A stretch of DNA of 62,365 nt, counting the filler. It is 9 parts of 9 records of this genome, joined end to end, with 100 filler letters (N's around TTAATTAATTAA, not from the genome) between each part and the next. Parts side by side here need not be neighbours in the genome. Positions count along the whole stretch, not along the records: positions 43,135 to 49,366 come from DRR723986_35859; positions 49,467 to 57,105 come from DRR723986_36721; positions 57,206 to 62,365 come from DRR723986_36884; 6 more parts are not named here. One strand, given 5' to 3'. This document shows, piece after piece, positions 49,232-58,555 of the stretch. The position numbers were made by a program, and so were the translations under genes. Positions within the stretch are counted from its first letter, which is position 1, and each line of letters starts with the position of its first letter. Below the pieces are notes generated by a model. It saw only the letters and a program-made list of their open reading frames with translations. It was not told the DNA's origin and ran no database searches.

Positions 49232-49366
49232 ATGGCTAAGGAAAAGTTTGAACGTAATAAACCGCACGTCAACATCGGCACAATCGGCCACGTTGACCAC
49301 GGTAAGACCACGCTGACCGCAGCGATCACCAAGTACTTTGGTGACTTCAAAGCCTACGACCAGATC
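49232..49366 (+). CDS. tuf: Elongation factor Tu (3' truncated)
   Basis: [33 protein letters not shown]. Confidence 0.97.
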
Positions 49367-49579
49367 NNNNNNNNNNNNNNNNNNNNNNNNNNNNNNNNNN
49401 NNNNNNNNNNTTAATTAATTAANNNNNNNNNNNNNNNNNNNNNNNNNNNNNNNNNNNNNNNNNNNNAGTATTAACAACAAGTTTAAGTCGGCCGCCGAGT
49501 TCCACCAAGTGCAAACAGCAGAACGGACAGTAAATACGTGTAAACGGTCCTGTTTTTGTGCTTAAGTGGGCAAGTGACT

Positions 49580-49705
49580 CAGTCCCCAAACGTCAAGTCC
49601 AAGTCTGCCAACGTCAAGTCCAAGTCCCCAAACGTCAAGCCCAAGGTCGTAACCGTCAAGTCCAAATCCCGAACCCCGCAGTGTTGTAAGCCCAAGTCCA
49701 AATAC
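49580..49705 (+). repeat. Degenerate 21-nt tandem repeat (4-5 units)
   Basis: CAGTCCCCAAACGTCAAGTCC / AAGTCTGCCAACGTCAAGTCC / AAGTCCCCAAACGTCAAGCCC / AAGGTCGTAACCGTCAAGTCC. Confidence 0.8.
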
Positions 49706-49939
49706 TCAACATCAAAAACGTAAAGCCTGCAGCGCTAATCCCGCAACCGATTCATTCAGCTCATTGCTTAAACCTAAATCCCTCAGCCTATCGACAGCGT
49801 CACTCTAATGCCAGACTTTGTCTAAATAACTTTGAATTCGAAGCCAACACATTGCCTCCCGCATTCCGACCGCATAACTAACAAAAATAAAACAGCCAGC
49901 CATCCCTCAAAGGGGGGCGCAGCGCTCAGCAATTTGCGT

Positions 49940-52069
49940 TTAACTCTCAATGTCGTCGCCGGAGTTTGGTAGCGACTTGATGTAGGCCACAAGATCCGCG
50001 CCACGCTCCAGTCCGATTTTATGGCGAATGCGGTAGCGGTACGTTTCGATGGCGCGCAGGCTGACGTTCATATACTCAGACATCTGCCTGTTGGAAACAG
50101 AACGGCGTATATAGTTGCAAACCTTGCGTTCAGTACCGGAGAGATCGGGGAATTGCTGTTGCAGCTTTTGCTGGAATCGCTGATCTTCCATACCTGCTGC
50201 CGACTTGTCCGGATTGATCTCCTCTGCACCCAAGATATTGTCAATAATATTGTTAACTGTTACAGTCAGATCTTGTGTTTCGCCCGCCGATTGTACTTTG
50301 TGCGTCTCAAGTAGCCCCGTGATGCGTTTAAGAGCCTGCAAACCCAGGTCATTATGTGCAGTTAACAGTTGCTGTGTTTGTTTAAGTTTGTTTAAGTCCT
50401 GCCTCAGGCTTACCTGTCTGCTTGAGACATCCTGACATTGCTGCTCTAAACTCGCCTTGGTAGTTTCCACCACAAGGTGTCCCATTCCGTCCACCGGGTT
50501 GCGACTTGTCATACCCGTTTCCAACCTGCGTAAATGCCGTTGCTGCTTAACGGCTTCCTCAAATTTGCCGAGGCGTTCGCATAACTCGATGTGCAAAATG
50601 CATATCTTGCGTTGTGTGCTCCAGACGGTGTCCTGTTCCGCAAACTGAGCCGCCTGCTGAATATATGCGTAGGCCGCGTCATTGTTCCAAATTTTACTGT
50701 TAAGTCTTGCACGTGCCAGGAACACCAAAGCCATTATGTTCTCAGCGCCGGTACCTGAATAACTATCCTGAACAATTTGATACTGTTTTGCTGCTGCATC
50801 CGGCTGCATCAGGAGTTCTAGAATTTGGCCATGTACAGTGTCGCGCACCATTTGTTGGGAGGACTTGGAAGTTATTTCGGAGAATTGCCGTGATTTAAAC
50901 TCTTCGTCCAGTTTTGCAAGGTCACAGAACTGCGGCGCGTGCTCTACCAAAATCTCATAAATGAGAGATTTGTTGCGCAACACTTGCATGCTGCTGATAT
51001 CAAATGCTGGATTATTCAGGTTTTCAGAAACATTACGCAGAATTTCCAGTCCACTTGAGCTGTCTCCCAGCATACAATAGACTTGCCCCAGGAAGGCCCG
51101 CAGCGTGATAATCTCTGAGTCGCCGGATGAGCTGTTTACCGACTGGATCGCCTGCGAGAAATACAGAAGAGCATCGTGAAGCTCGCCGCGTTCAGTATGC
51201 AGTTGCCCCAGCAGTTTAAGTGCCCAGACTGTTAACTGTTGAAATTCGCCTGCTTGTGATAGATGTAGGCAGTCAAGGGTCTCGCGAATAGCATCTGCGC
51301 GGCGTCCAAGCGCGATCAGACTGCGTGCGTAGTTTGATTTATACACCAGCAGGTCATAGCGATGTTCCTCCAGAGGCTGAATCGTTTCAATTGCCAAACG
51401 GGTACTTTCTATAGCCTTGTCGTATTTCGCCATCGTGTGATAGAGATAGCCGGCGGTAGAATATAGGTGTGCGCGATCGTGTGTTTTGTATTGTTTGATC
51501 CGCTCCAGCGCTAACTGAATCGCGTCTTCGGCTTCATCGAAGCGTTGCATTGAAAGCAGCGTCACGCCCTTTTTGGCGTATAACATGCCGTCTATCTGCC
51601 GGCCTTTCAGCTGGATGCAAATCTCCAGCGAACGGTCAATGTGCTCCAGTGCTTTTTCGTATTGCAGAGAGCTGTTTGCGGCATCTGCCAATGAGTAGAG
51701 GGACGAGAGCATGTCGTCCCATTCTTCAATTTTTTCAAAGAGGTCGGCCGACTCCTGGAAGAGCGGTTCGGCGATGTGGCTGCGCAGTTCGCGCAAACGA
51801 CAGAGTCCTAAGGCTTGCAAAGCAGCAGCCAGCGCATAGTAATATTTTTTTCGGCGTGGATCGTCCTCAGGAACGCGTTGGATTAAACTGCGACCAAGTG
51901 TAACGGCTTCGGTACCAAATTCGAGTGCTTCCGGCAGATTTGAATTTGCAATTTCCACAGCGCGGCCGGCCAACAATCTGACCTTGCGCACGCCATTGGC
52001 GTAGGCGAACTTTTTGCGAAACTGATCCGAGTCGCTTCTACTGGTCACGTCATTCACCAACTGCGTCAT
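49940..52069 (-). CDS. TPR-repeat protein with C-terminal LuxR-type HTH
   Basis: TPR-like helices and a coiled coil, then FPDLSGTERKVC...MNVSLRAIETYRYRIRHK. Confidence 0.85.
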   Translation of the reverse strand: MTQLVNDVTSRSDSDQFRKKFAYANGVRKVRLLAGRAVEIANSNLPEALEFGTEAVTLGRSLIQRVPEDDPRRKKYYYALAAALQALGLCRLRELRSHIAEPLFQESADLFEKIEEWDDMLSSLYSLADAANSSLQYEKALEHIDRSLEICIQLKGRQIDGMLYAKKGVTLLSMQRFDEAEDAIQLALERIKQYKTHDRAHLYSTAGYLYHTMAKYDKAIESTRLAIETIQPLEEHRYDLLVYKSNYARSLIALGRRADAIRETLDCLHLSQAGEFQQLTVWALKLLGQLHTERGELHDALLYFSQAIQSVNSSSGDSEIITLRAFLGQVYCMLGDSSSGLEILRNVSENLNNPAFDISSMQVLRNKSLIYEILVEHAPQFCDLAKLDEEFKSRQFSEITSKSSQQMVRDTVHGQILELLMQPDAAAKQYQIVQDSYSGTGAENIMALVFLARARLNSKIWNNDAAYAYIQQAAQFAEQDTVWSTQRKICILHIELCERLGKFEEAVKQQRHLRRLETGMTSRNPVDGMGHLVVETTKASLEQQCQDVSSRQVSLRQDLNKLKQTQQLLTAHNDLGLQALKRITGLLETHKVQSAGETQDLTVTVNNIIDNILGAEEINPDKSAAGMEDQRFQQKLQQQFPDLSGTERKVCNYIRRSVSNRQMSEYMNVSLRAIETYRYRIRHKIGLERGADLVAYIKSLPNSGDDIES

Positions 52070-54135
52070 TGGTCAGAAAATTGGACATACAACGACTGCA
52101 CGTGCCCGGCAAGATCAATGCCCGACTCAATTGCCATTTTACGCCGAATACGATAGCGATAGCTCTCAATCGCGCGCGGTGAGACGTTCATCATCCGCGC
52201 CAGCGTCTTAGTGCCCAGGTTAAGGCGCAGCAGATCGCAGACCTTGAGTTCCTTAGGTGTCAGCGCGTTGAACTGTTCTTTGAGGTAGACTAAAAACTCC
52301 TGATCCTCGGCAGGCTCCTGCTGTACATCCGTGGGTTCCTGCGCTTCGGCCGGCATCGTTTCCTGCAGCAGGCCGGCCGCATTTTGCAGAATTTCAACCG
52401 TGTCGAGCCCGGCATTTCTGCCCGCACGCATGATTTTCTGGATCTCGCGCAGCGTATCTTCATTCTGCTGATTCGACTGCTCCAGCTTTTCATTGCCTTT
52501 GCGTACCGTCTCAATTTCCGCCGTCAGTGCATCCACCGAACTCTTGAGTTTATCGCGTTTGCGTTCCAGCGCTGCCACATTACTCTCATTCATCAGGCGC
52601 TGCACGCGTCGCGGTGTTTGCTGCAGCAGAATCGAGCGTTCCAACTCAAACAGATCCTTGTGCTGCTCCAGAGCCTGGCGCCATTCACCGGTTTCTTCAA
52701 ACAGTTTGGCCAGCGCTTCATGCACTTCGCGTTTTTTGGTCCAGTCCGGGCAGTCGTCCACCACCAGGCGCGCCGAACGCAGATGCCGCCGTGCAGCATC
52801 CAGTTTGTTCTGCGAAATCTCGAACATGCCCAGGCTCGTTAGTGTTTCAGCCTGCAGGCAGGTAGACTCGTAGTTGCGACTCAGCTTCAGCGCCTGTTCG
52901 TAGTACTCAAGAGCGGCGGACAAATCTCCCGACTTTTCGCTCAGCTTTCCAAGCAGAAGCTGCACCCGCACAGCAAAAGGGCGTCCAGGCATGAAGTTGA
53001 TATCCGCACCACCCCGTAATTTTTCTTTGAGTGTGTCCAGTTCAATGTTTGCCGGCGTGTGGTCTACCAGCGCATTGATGGGACTAATCAAACGCACATT
53101 AAACGGTAGGCCACGCAGGGTTTGGGCGGCTGCCTCCATCAGCTTCATTCCGCGCTCCACCGCGCCTGTAATAATGTGGAGTTTGCCAAGCTGCGCCGTA
53201 GTACCCAGGATTTCTACGCCGGCCTTGAGAGTTTTTTGCAGCTCCAAAGCCGCTTCGGCCGCTGAAATGGCGCGGTCCAGTTCTCCAAACTGCATATAGA
53301 GATCACTCATGGACTTAAGTGCCATGGCTTCCATAAAAGGCATGTTGACCCGGCGCGCCACGGTCACAGACTCTTCAACGACTTTCAGGGCGCGTTCATG
53401 CTTGTTTTGTGAAATCAGAGCGCTGCTAAAAAGGTTCATGGCGGCCAGCAACTCGGCCTGACTGCGCTCACCCCGAATCAGCGGAATCAATGTTTCATAA
53501 TAGCGTTCAGCATCCGCAAAGTTGCCCAGGTTGTGCGAAACTCCGCCCAGCAACTGCAGCACCATTGATTTGTCGGTCGTATCCTCCAGGCCGGCTTCAT
53601 ACAGCTCGCGCACTTGCTGCAGGTAGTGTTTGGCTTCGTCCGTCTGGCCTTCGTGTTGGTGGGCCAGCGCGAACTCTCCCATCAGTTGAATCTGCAGTAC
53701 CTGTGAGCCAAATTTTGCCATCAGAGTTTGGGCTTCTTCCAGGTAGGGGAAAGCCTGTGATGCAATTCTGTAGTTGCGCAGGTTGCGCGCGATATCCAGC
53801 AGAGTCCGCAGGCGCAGCTCACCAGCGTTAATCTTGTCCAGCGCCTCACGAAACCGCTCCGTGGCTTCCGGCAACTTGTAATCTACTTCCAGACACCAGC
53901 CCTGCGCCCGCAAAATATATGCACGGGCCAGGTCCAGCGACGCCTTGTCCGCCTGCGAATGTTCCTGCTGGAATTGCTCGAATTCGGCTTCGGTCTCAGC
54001 CAGTGTTGTTTTGGCCTCGTCCAGATTTTGCAGGGACAGGCTGGCAGTGATTTCAGCCCGCAGACGGATCGACTCCAGACCAGACGCGGTTTTTAGTTGA
54101 TTGCGCAGAGCCGCAATCTCTTGTTGAACATTCAT
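52066..54135 (-). CDS. TPR-repeat protein with C-terminal LuxR-type HTH (paralog)
   Basis: FNALTPKELKVC...MNVSPRAIESYRYRIRRK. Start placed at ATG 54135. ATGA overlap with the downstream paralog. Confidence 0.85.
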   Translation of the reverse strand: MNVQQEIAALRNQLKTASGLESIRLRAEITASLSLQNLDEAKTTLAETEAEFEQFQQEHSQADKASLDLARAYILRAQGWCLEVDYKLPEATERFREALDKINAGELRLRTLLDIARNLRNYRIASQAFPYLEEAQTLMAKFGSQVLQIQLMGEFALAHQHEGQTDEAKHYLQQVRELYEAGLEDTTDKSMVLQLLGGVSHNLGNFADAERYYETLIPLIRGERSQAELLAAMNLFSSALISQNKHERALKVVEESVTVARRVNMPFMEAMALKSMSDLYMQFGELDRAISAAEAALELQKTLKAGVEILGTTAQLGKLHIITGAVERGMKLMEAAAQTLRGLPFNVRLISPINALVDHTPANIELDTLKEKLRGGADINFMPGRPFAVRVQLLLGKLSEKSGDLSAALEYYEQALKLSRNYESTCLQAETLTSLGMFEISQNKLDAARRHLRSARLVVDDCPDWTKKREVHEALAKLFEETGEWRQALEQHKDLFELERSILLQQTPRRVQRLMNESNVAALERKRDKLKSSVDALTAEIETVRKGNEKLEQSNQQNEDTLREIQKIMRAGRNAGLDTVEILQNAAGLLQETMPAEAQEPTDVQQEPAEDQEFLVYLKEQFNALTPKELKVCDLLRLNLGTKTLARMMNVSPRAIESYRYRIRRKMAIESGIDLAGHVQSLYVQFSDQ

Positions 54136-54900
54136 ACGTAGCGGCACATTGATGGACAGTTGGCACAAAAATTGGTCGCCAGTCCGGGCACGAACCAATT
54201 TACGACATGTACAAAATACTAAAGTGCATGTTCCCACTCATATGCAAGCGCATATTTTCGCGCAACTTAGGGCGCACCGGTAATAAAGTACACAATCTGT
54301 TGCTTTGTTACTACCACCTCCAACTTAGGGCTGACCGAGCGCAAAACGCTATGTTTCGGATCTCCTTGCTCTGCACGCATCTTCATAGACTTCCACCGTT
54401 AAGTGGTTCCACTCAGTTCCTGCAATTCAGTCTACACAGTTGCGATTGATTCATTTTGCTAGTATGATTGAGCTTGACTTGAGCGCTGCGCCTTTCGCAT
54501 CAGATGCTCCTGGCTGGCTTTTTTCTTCATGTTAGTCACTGTGAGTTAAACATAGAGCATTGTAATCAGCGTCAGCTTATTGCCTATCAAGTCGGAAATC
54601 CCGTAGTTAACTCTGTTAAACATTTGCGGAGGTGTTGCTATCTGGTCGCAACAGGTTACAGTTCTGGTGAATTGCTGTGATGAAATTTGCCAACCAACAA
54701 AATGGATTTGCGTGTGTCGTTAAGAATTATCATCTTCCGTCTGCTTCAAAAGTCTACTGAATCTTTTCTACTGCCACTTAACACTCTGTAGACGTTTGCA
54801 AGCAATCCGAATCAAACTGTCACTCCGGAATCGTCTGTCGTGCGTTCCGTGTACCAATTCTGCATCCCTGTGGAATTGTTCGCAGTATCTTAAACCCAAT

Positions 54901-54928
54901 ATCGTGCAGAAAGAATCGTGCAGAAAGA
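54901..54928 (+). repeat. Perfect 14-bp tandem duplication
   Basis: ATCGTGCAGAAAGA occurs twice in the divergent intergenic region. Confidence 0.9.
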
Positions 54929-55093
54929 ATATTGAGCCATGGTAATTGTTCGAAAGGTCATCCCTAGTCTAGTTTCTTAGGACAATATCGTTCTGTATCA
55001 CTATACCTAATGCAATCCGCAGCTTAACCTATGCGGACGGACAGCCCATATCCTACAGTTACGTTTCTACTAACACAAACCAGTGAGGTCATA

Positions 55094-56794
55094 ATGTCTC
55101 GCAAATTGTTTATTTCTTGTATTGCCGGCCTGGCACTGAGTGTCTTGTGCCCAGCGCCCTCCTTAAATGCCATAACTTTTGTGGTTGAGACGGTGCGTGG
55201 TTATTCCAGCCTTGACCATGGATTTTCAATTGTGAACACGCAAGCCGAAAATGCATTGAGTATTGGCCTGACCACCCCGGCCGGTGGAGGTCAGTCCGAT
55301 CAGAATGTTAAAGTTGTACTGAGCGACCAGGCTCTAAACCACCTGCACCAATATGTCTATGATCTGGATGCCACAGATAAAGATCTGTCAATCAAAGAAT
55401 GTGAAAACGGTGACTACATCTGGACATGTGGTGTGCGCGACTTCAGTGCCAGTGTTGATGTGCTGGTAGTGCGTACTACTGCCGCTGGTAACGTCATCTG
55501 GGCACAAGTCTTTGGCAGGAACAATAACGTCGCCGATGCAGGAGCCAGCATCATCGAAACCAGCACTGGTGAGATTATGGTGACGGGAACAAGCGAAGAC
55601 CCAAACGGAACGGGATCCAAGGACGCATTTGTTCTAAATCTTAATGGCAGCAACGGCAACACCAACTGGTCGTTTCTCTACGGGACAAACCGCAACGACG
55701 CAGCCCGTTGTATACGCGAGCTGGTTAACGGAAACTTCATTGTCGTTGGTGACACAGAGTTTAATTCAGTCTTAGGAGTCGACGTGCAGGCCTGGGCTTT
55801 TTCGATCAACCCAATGGGGGTTCTTCAATGGTCCAACCATTATGGAGATGTTAACACGGTTGACCGTTTTGGAGCTGTTATGCAACATGACAATGGCTAT
55901 GCTTACGCCACCGGCGTGCACGACGCCAAGAATAGTTTTGCATCGAATGTCTTCGTAGCCGCAATTGTACCTGGCAACGGAGCAATGTCATTTGGAGATG
56001 CATACATTATTGGCCCGCCGGGAGACGCAATTGGCTGGTCGATCGACCACTCAATTGATCGACAGCGACTTGTTGTGTCCGGCATTGCTCCTGAGTTTAG
56101 CATGACTGGTAATACGGATGGCTTTTTTATGTTACTTTCTCAAGCTTTGGGAATTCCGAATATCTACCGCCAGTATGGTACTCCACTGGCAGATGATGTT
56201 TTGCGGGGCATTGTCCCAACCGGTGGGCAACCTCCGGTCAATGGTCCTGGTTATTATATGGCCGGCTGGACACCAGTTGGAGCGGATGATTCCCATTGGC
56301 TCATCCGCACGAACACACTAGGGAAGACGCCATGCGATGCTATTCAACAACCGGACCCATTCCCCTTAACAAACTTTGGCTCTCAGCCTGTAGTTCGTAA
56401 ATCCTTTTCGCAGCACTACAGCGTTGATTTAGAGTTCGAAGTTGTCCATTCCCATGATGATATTTGTACTGGGCAGCACGTGCAGGATAATGCAATAAAG
56501 TCCGGTGCTGAAGAGCCAGTTAATATGGAAGTGACATCGGGACTGGGTATGAGTCCAAATCCGGCGATGCAGGGACAACTTGTCAAAATCAGTTTCACTC
56601 TTGACAATGCACAAGAAGTAGAGTTAACAGTTGTTGATGTCCAGGGTCGTGAGCTGTTGCAGACGACATACAATGCGATTGCCGGATTCAATGAGTGGCT
56701 AGTTCCAAACAGCGGCTGGGCAAGTGGAGTATACTATTTGCGCCTGCAGGTAGGGGATCAGGTTAACTCCACCCAGCTTATGCTCGTGGAGTAA
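55094..56794 (+). CDS. Secreted repeat (beta-propeller-like) protein with T9SS type A C-terminal sorting domain
   Basis: Signal peptide from ATG 55094. Repeated G...W...YG units. CTD SPNP...DVQGREL...SGVYYLRL. Confidence 0.85.
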   Translation: MSRKLFISCIAGLALSVLCPAPSLNAITFVVETVRGYSSLDHGFSIVNTQAENALSIGLTTPAGGGQSDQNVKVVLSDQALNHLHQYVYDLDATDKDLSIKECENGDYIWTCGVRDFSASVDVLVVRTTAAGNVIWAQVFGRNNNVADAGASIIETSTGEIMVTGTSEDPNGTGSKDAFVLNLNGSNGNTNWSFLYGTNRNDAARCIRELVNGNFIVVGDTEFNSVLGVDVQAWAFSINPMGVLQWSNHYGDVNTVDRFGAVMQHDNGYAYATGVHDAKNSFASNVFVAAIVPGNGAMSFGDAYIIGPPGDAIGWSIDHSIDRQRLVVSGIAPEFSMTGNTDGFFMLLSQALGIPNIYRQYGTPLADDVLRGIVPTGGQPPVNGPGYYMAGWTPVGADDSHWLIRTNTLGKTPCDAIQQPDPFPLTNFGSQPVVRKSFSQHYSVDLEFEVVHSHDDICTGQHVQDNAIKSGAEEPVNMEVTSGLGMSPNPAMQGQLVKISFTLDNAQEVELTVVDVQGRELLQTTYNAIAGFNEWLVPNSGWASGVYYLRLQVGDQVNSTQLMLVE

Positions 56795-56848
56795 GTCTGA
56801 AGTCTCAAATTCGCGATTGTGAACCCAGCAAGACAAAACGCAGGACGT

Positions 56849-56887
56849 GCAGCTGCCGGACATGAGTCCGGCAGCTGCTTTCAGTTT
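56849..56887 (+). terminator. Intrinsic terminator
   Basis: 13-bp stem GCAGCTGCCGGAC-ATGA-GTCCGGCAGCTGC followed by TTTCAGTTT. Confidence 0.75.
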
Positions 56888-57205
56888 GAGCGCTGTGCAC
56901 GCAAAATTGACTGTATTAATGGGATTGGGTCTCTGGGTTGAGTCTTGGGGTTGGGTGTATAATCTTGTGGTTGTAGTGTTTGGAGCGTGGCTCACATGGT
57001 GTGGGTTGAGAGATAAAAATTCTTGAGGTTTTGAGCGGGATTGGGGATGTTGACTTGGAGTCTCAAGCCAAAAATCAACAGGATCCAGCCCTAAGGGCTC
57101 GACCCNNNNNNNNNNNNNNNNNNNNNNNNNNNNNNNNNNNNNNNNNNNNTTAATTAATTAANNNNNNNNNNNNNNNNNNNNNNNNNNNNNNNNNNNNNNN
57201 NNNNN

Positions 57206-57230
57206 CCCGGCCCCTTACGGGGCGCGGCTC
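57206..57230 (-). repeat. REP-like element
   Basis: Minus strand GAGCCGCGC-CCC-GTAA-GGG-GCCGGG has the same geometry as 62248-62272. Confidence 0.6.
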
Positions 57231-57325
57231 ACTGTCGTGACTAGCAAACACTCTCGTCAGCAACACGAGGTCACGGAGCGACACAAGGACTTGCGCTCGC
57301 GGGAAGGGTAGAATGCGACGTGTTG

Positions 57326-58393
57326 CTACTCTTCGGAATCGAGTGTGTCGTCGGCGTCGATGTCGAACTCGGCTTCGCATTGGGCGCAGTAATCGCTCGT
57401 GCTGTAATGTTGAACAATTTCACTCGCCGCAAGATTTGGGTGGACTTGAGCGTTTTGCAACACCTCTTCTATCAAGAGCCGGTAGGTCTGCAACGGAGTG
57501 TAATGCTCGCACAAGTCCAGCACAAAACTAAGCTTGGCCAGTTGCTCGAGAATCGCGACAACTAATGGCCAGGCTTCCTCGTCAGTCTCGACGGCATCTG
57601 GTCTGGGCAAGCGGAGGGTCTTCTCGAAAAGGTAGGGGAGCGGTTGGTCCTTCTTGCCGGAGAAAATCTCGTCCCACTGGGCATGGAGAGCTTGAGTTTC
57701 GGGATCCAGGTCGTCCTGATTCTGCCACTCCTCAAAGCCGTCTGACCAAGGGCTATCACTCCAGGAGCCGTCGACCCAGGATTCTTTGTTGGGCGTGTCC
57801 GGAGCGTCTCCCGCGGGCGGAATGTCTGCATCGTCGGTCGAATCGTCGCCCTTGGTCGCTGACTGGCTAAGCTGGTCGCTAAGATCTTTTCCGAATAACC
57901 CGAACGGATCCTCAGCGTCGTCTTCGTCGCCATCGGTGATTCCGGTCGCCTCCGTTTCCTCGAATTCCATTTCGGTCAGCGCGTCCAGCAAGTCCGACGG
58001 ATCATCGTCTTCCGGAGGCGTCACCAATCGTGCTTGCAGCTTCATCGTGACGCCGCCATTCTGGCTGAACCACTCCATGGTCAGCATGACCGCTGAATTC
58101 TCCTCATCCAAGGATTCCATTTCCAAGCTGGCGCACACACCGGCTTGGCGGCGCGACAGTTCGAGGATCTCCTCAGGCAGTGTGGCCGCTTCTGGGAGCG
58201 GCATCGAAGCAGTCTCGTCGGCGCTGGCTACCGTAAACTGGATTCCAGTGCCAGCAAGTGCAGCACCTGCATTTCCGGACAGTTGCAGATGCAGGTAGTA
58301 GTCTTCGGCTAGTTGTAGATAGCCAAACACGCTGTTACGCCTGGAATTGTCAAGCTGCCCACCCAGGACAAATGCTCCAATTTCCAGCGACAT
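57326..58393 (-). CDS. Highly acidic hypothetical protein with C-terminal CxxC
   Basis: Start MSLEIGAF, a D/E-rich middle region, CEHY and YCAQCE. Confidence 0.75.
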   Translation of the reverse strand: MSLEIGAFVLGGQLDNSRRNSVFGYLQLAEDYYLHLQLSGNAGAALAGTGIQFTVASADETASMPLPEAATLPEEILELSRRQAGVCASLEMESLDEENSAVMLTMEWFSQNGGVTMKLQARLVTPPEDDDPSDLLDALTEMEFEETEATGITDGDEDDAEDPFGLFGKDLSDQLSQSATKGDDSTDDADIPPAGDAPDTPNKESWVDGSWSDSPWSDGFEEWQNQDDLDPETQALHAQWDEIFSGKKDQPLPYLFEKTLRLPRPDAVETDEEAWPLVVAILEQLAKLSFVLDLCEHYTPLQTYRLLIEEVLQNAQVHPNLAASEIVQHYSTSDYCAQCEAEFDIDADDTLDSEE

Positions 58394-58555
58394 GTTGAGC
58401 GTGGGGCCCTTTCCCAGCAATCCTTAGATCGCCGACCTTTGATCACGGTTCATCTGATTACGATTCATCTAAGGACAGTGCAACCAAGGACTGTCCAAAC
58501 CGGCTCGATCCAACTTGAAAGAATCGATCGGAGCCTGAGCAAATCAAATGGCGAG

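Noticed and set aside
49580-49705. Possible CRISPR array
   Set aside because: The units are contiguous 21-mers without unique spacers, and there are no cas genes.
49467-49780. attC-like start TTAACAACAAGTTTAAG with a distant CTTAAAC
   Set aside because: It does not match RYYYAAC well, has no closing GTTRRRY, and there is no integrase.
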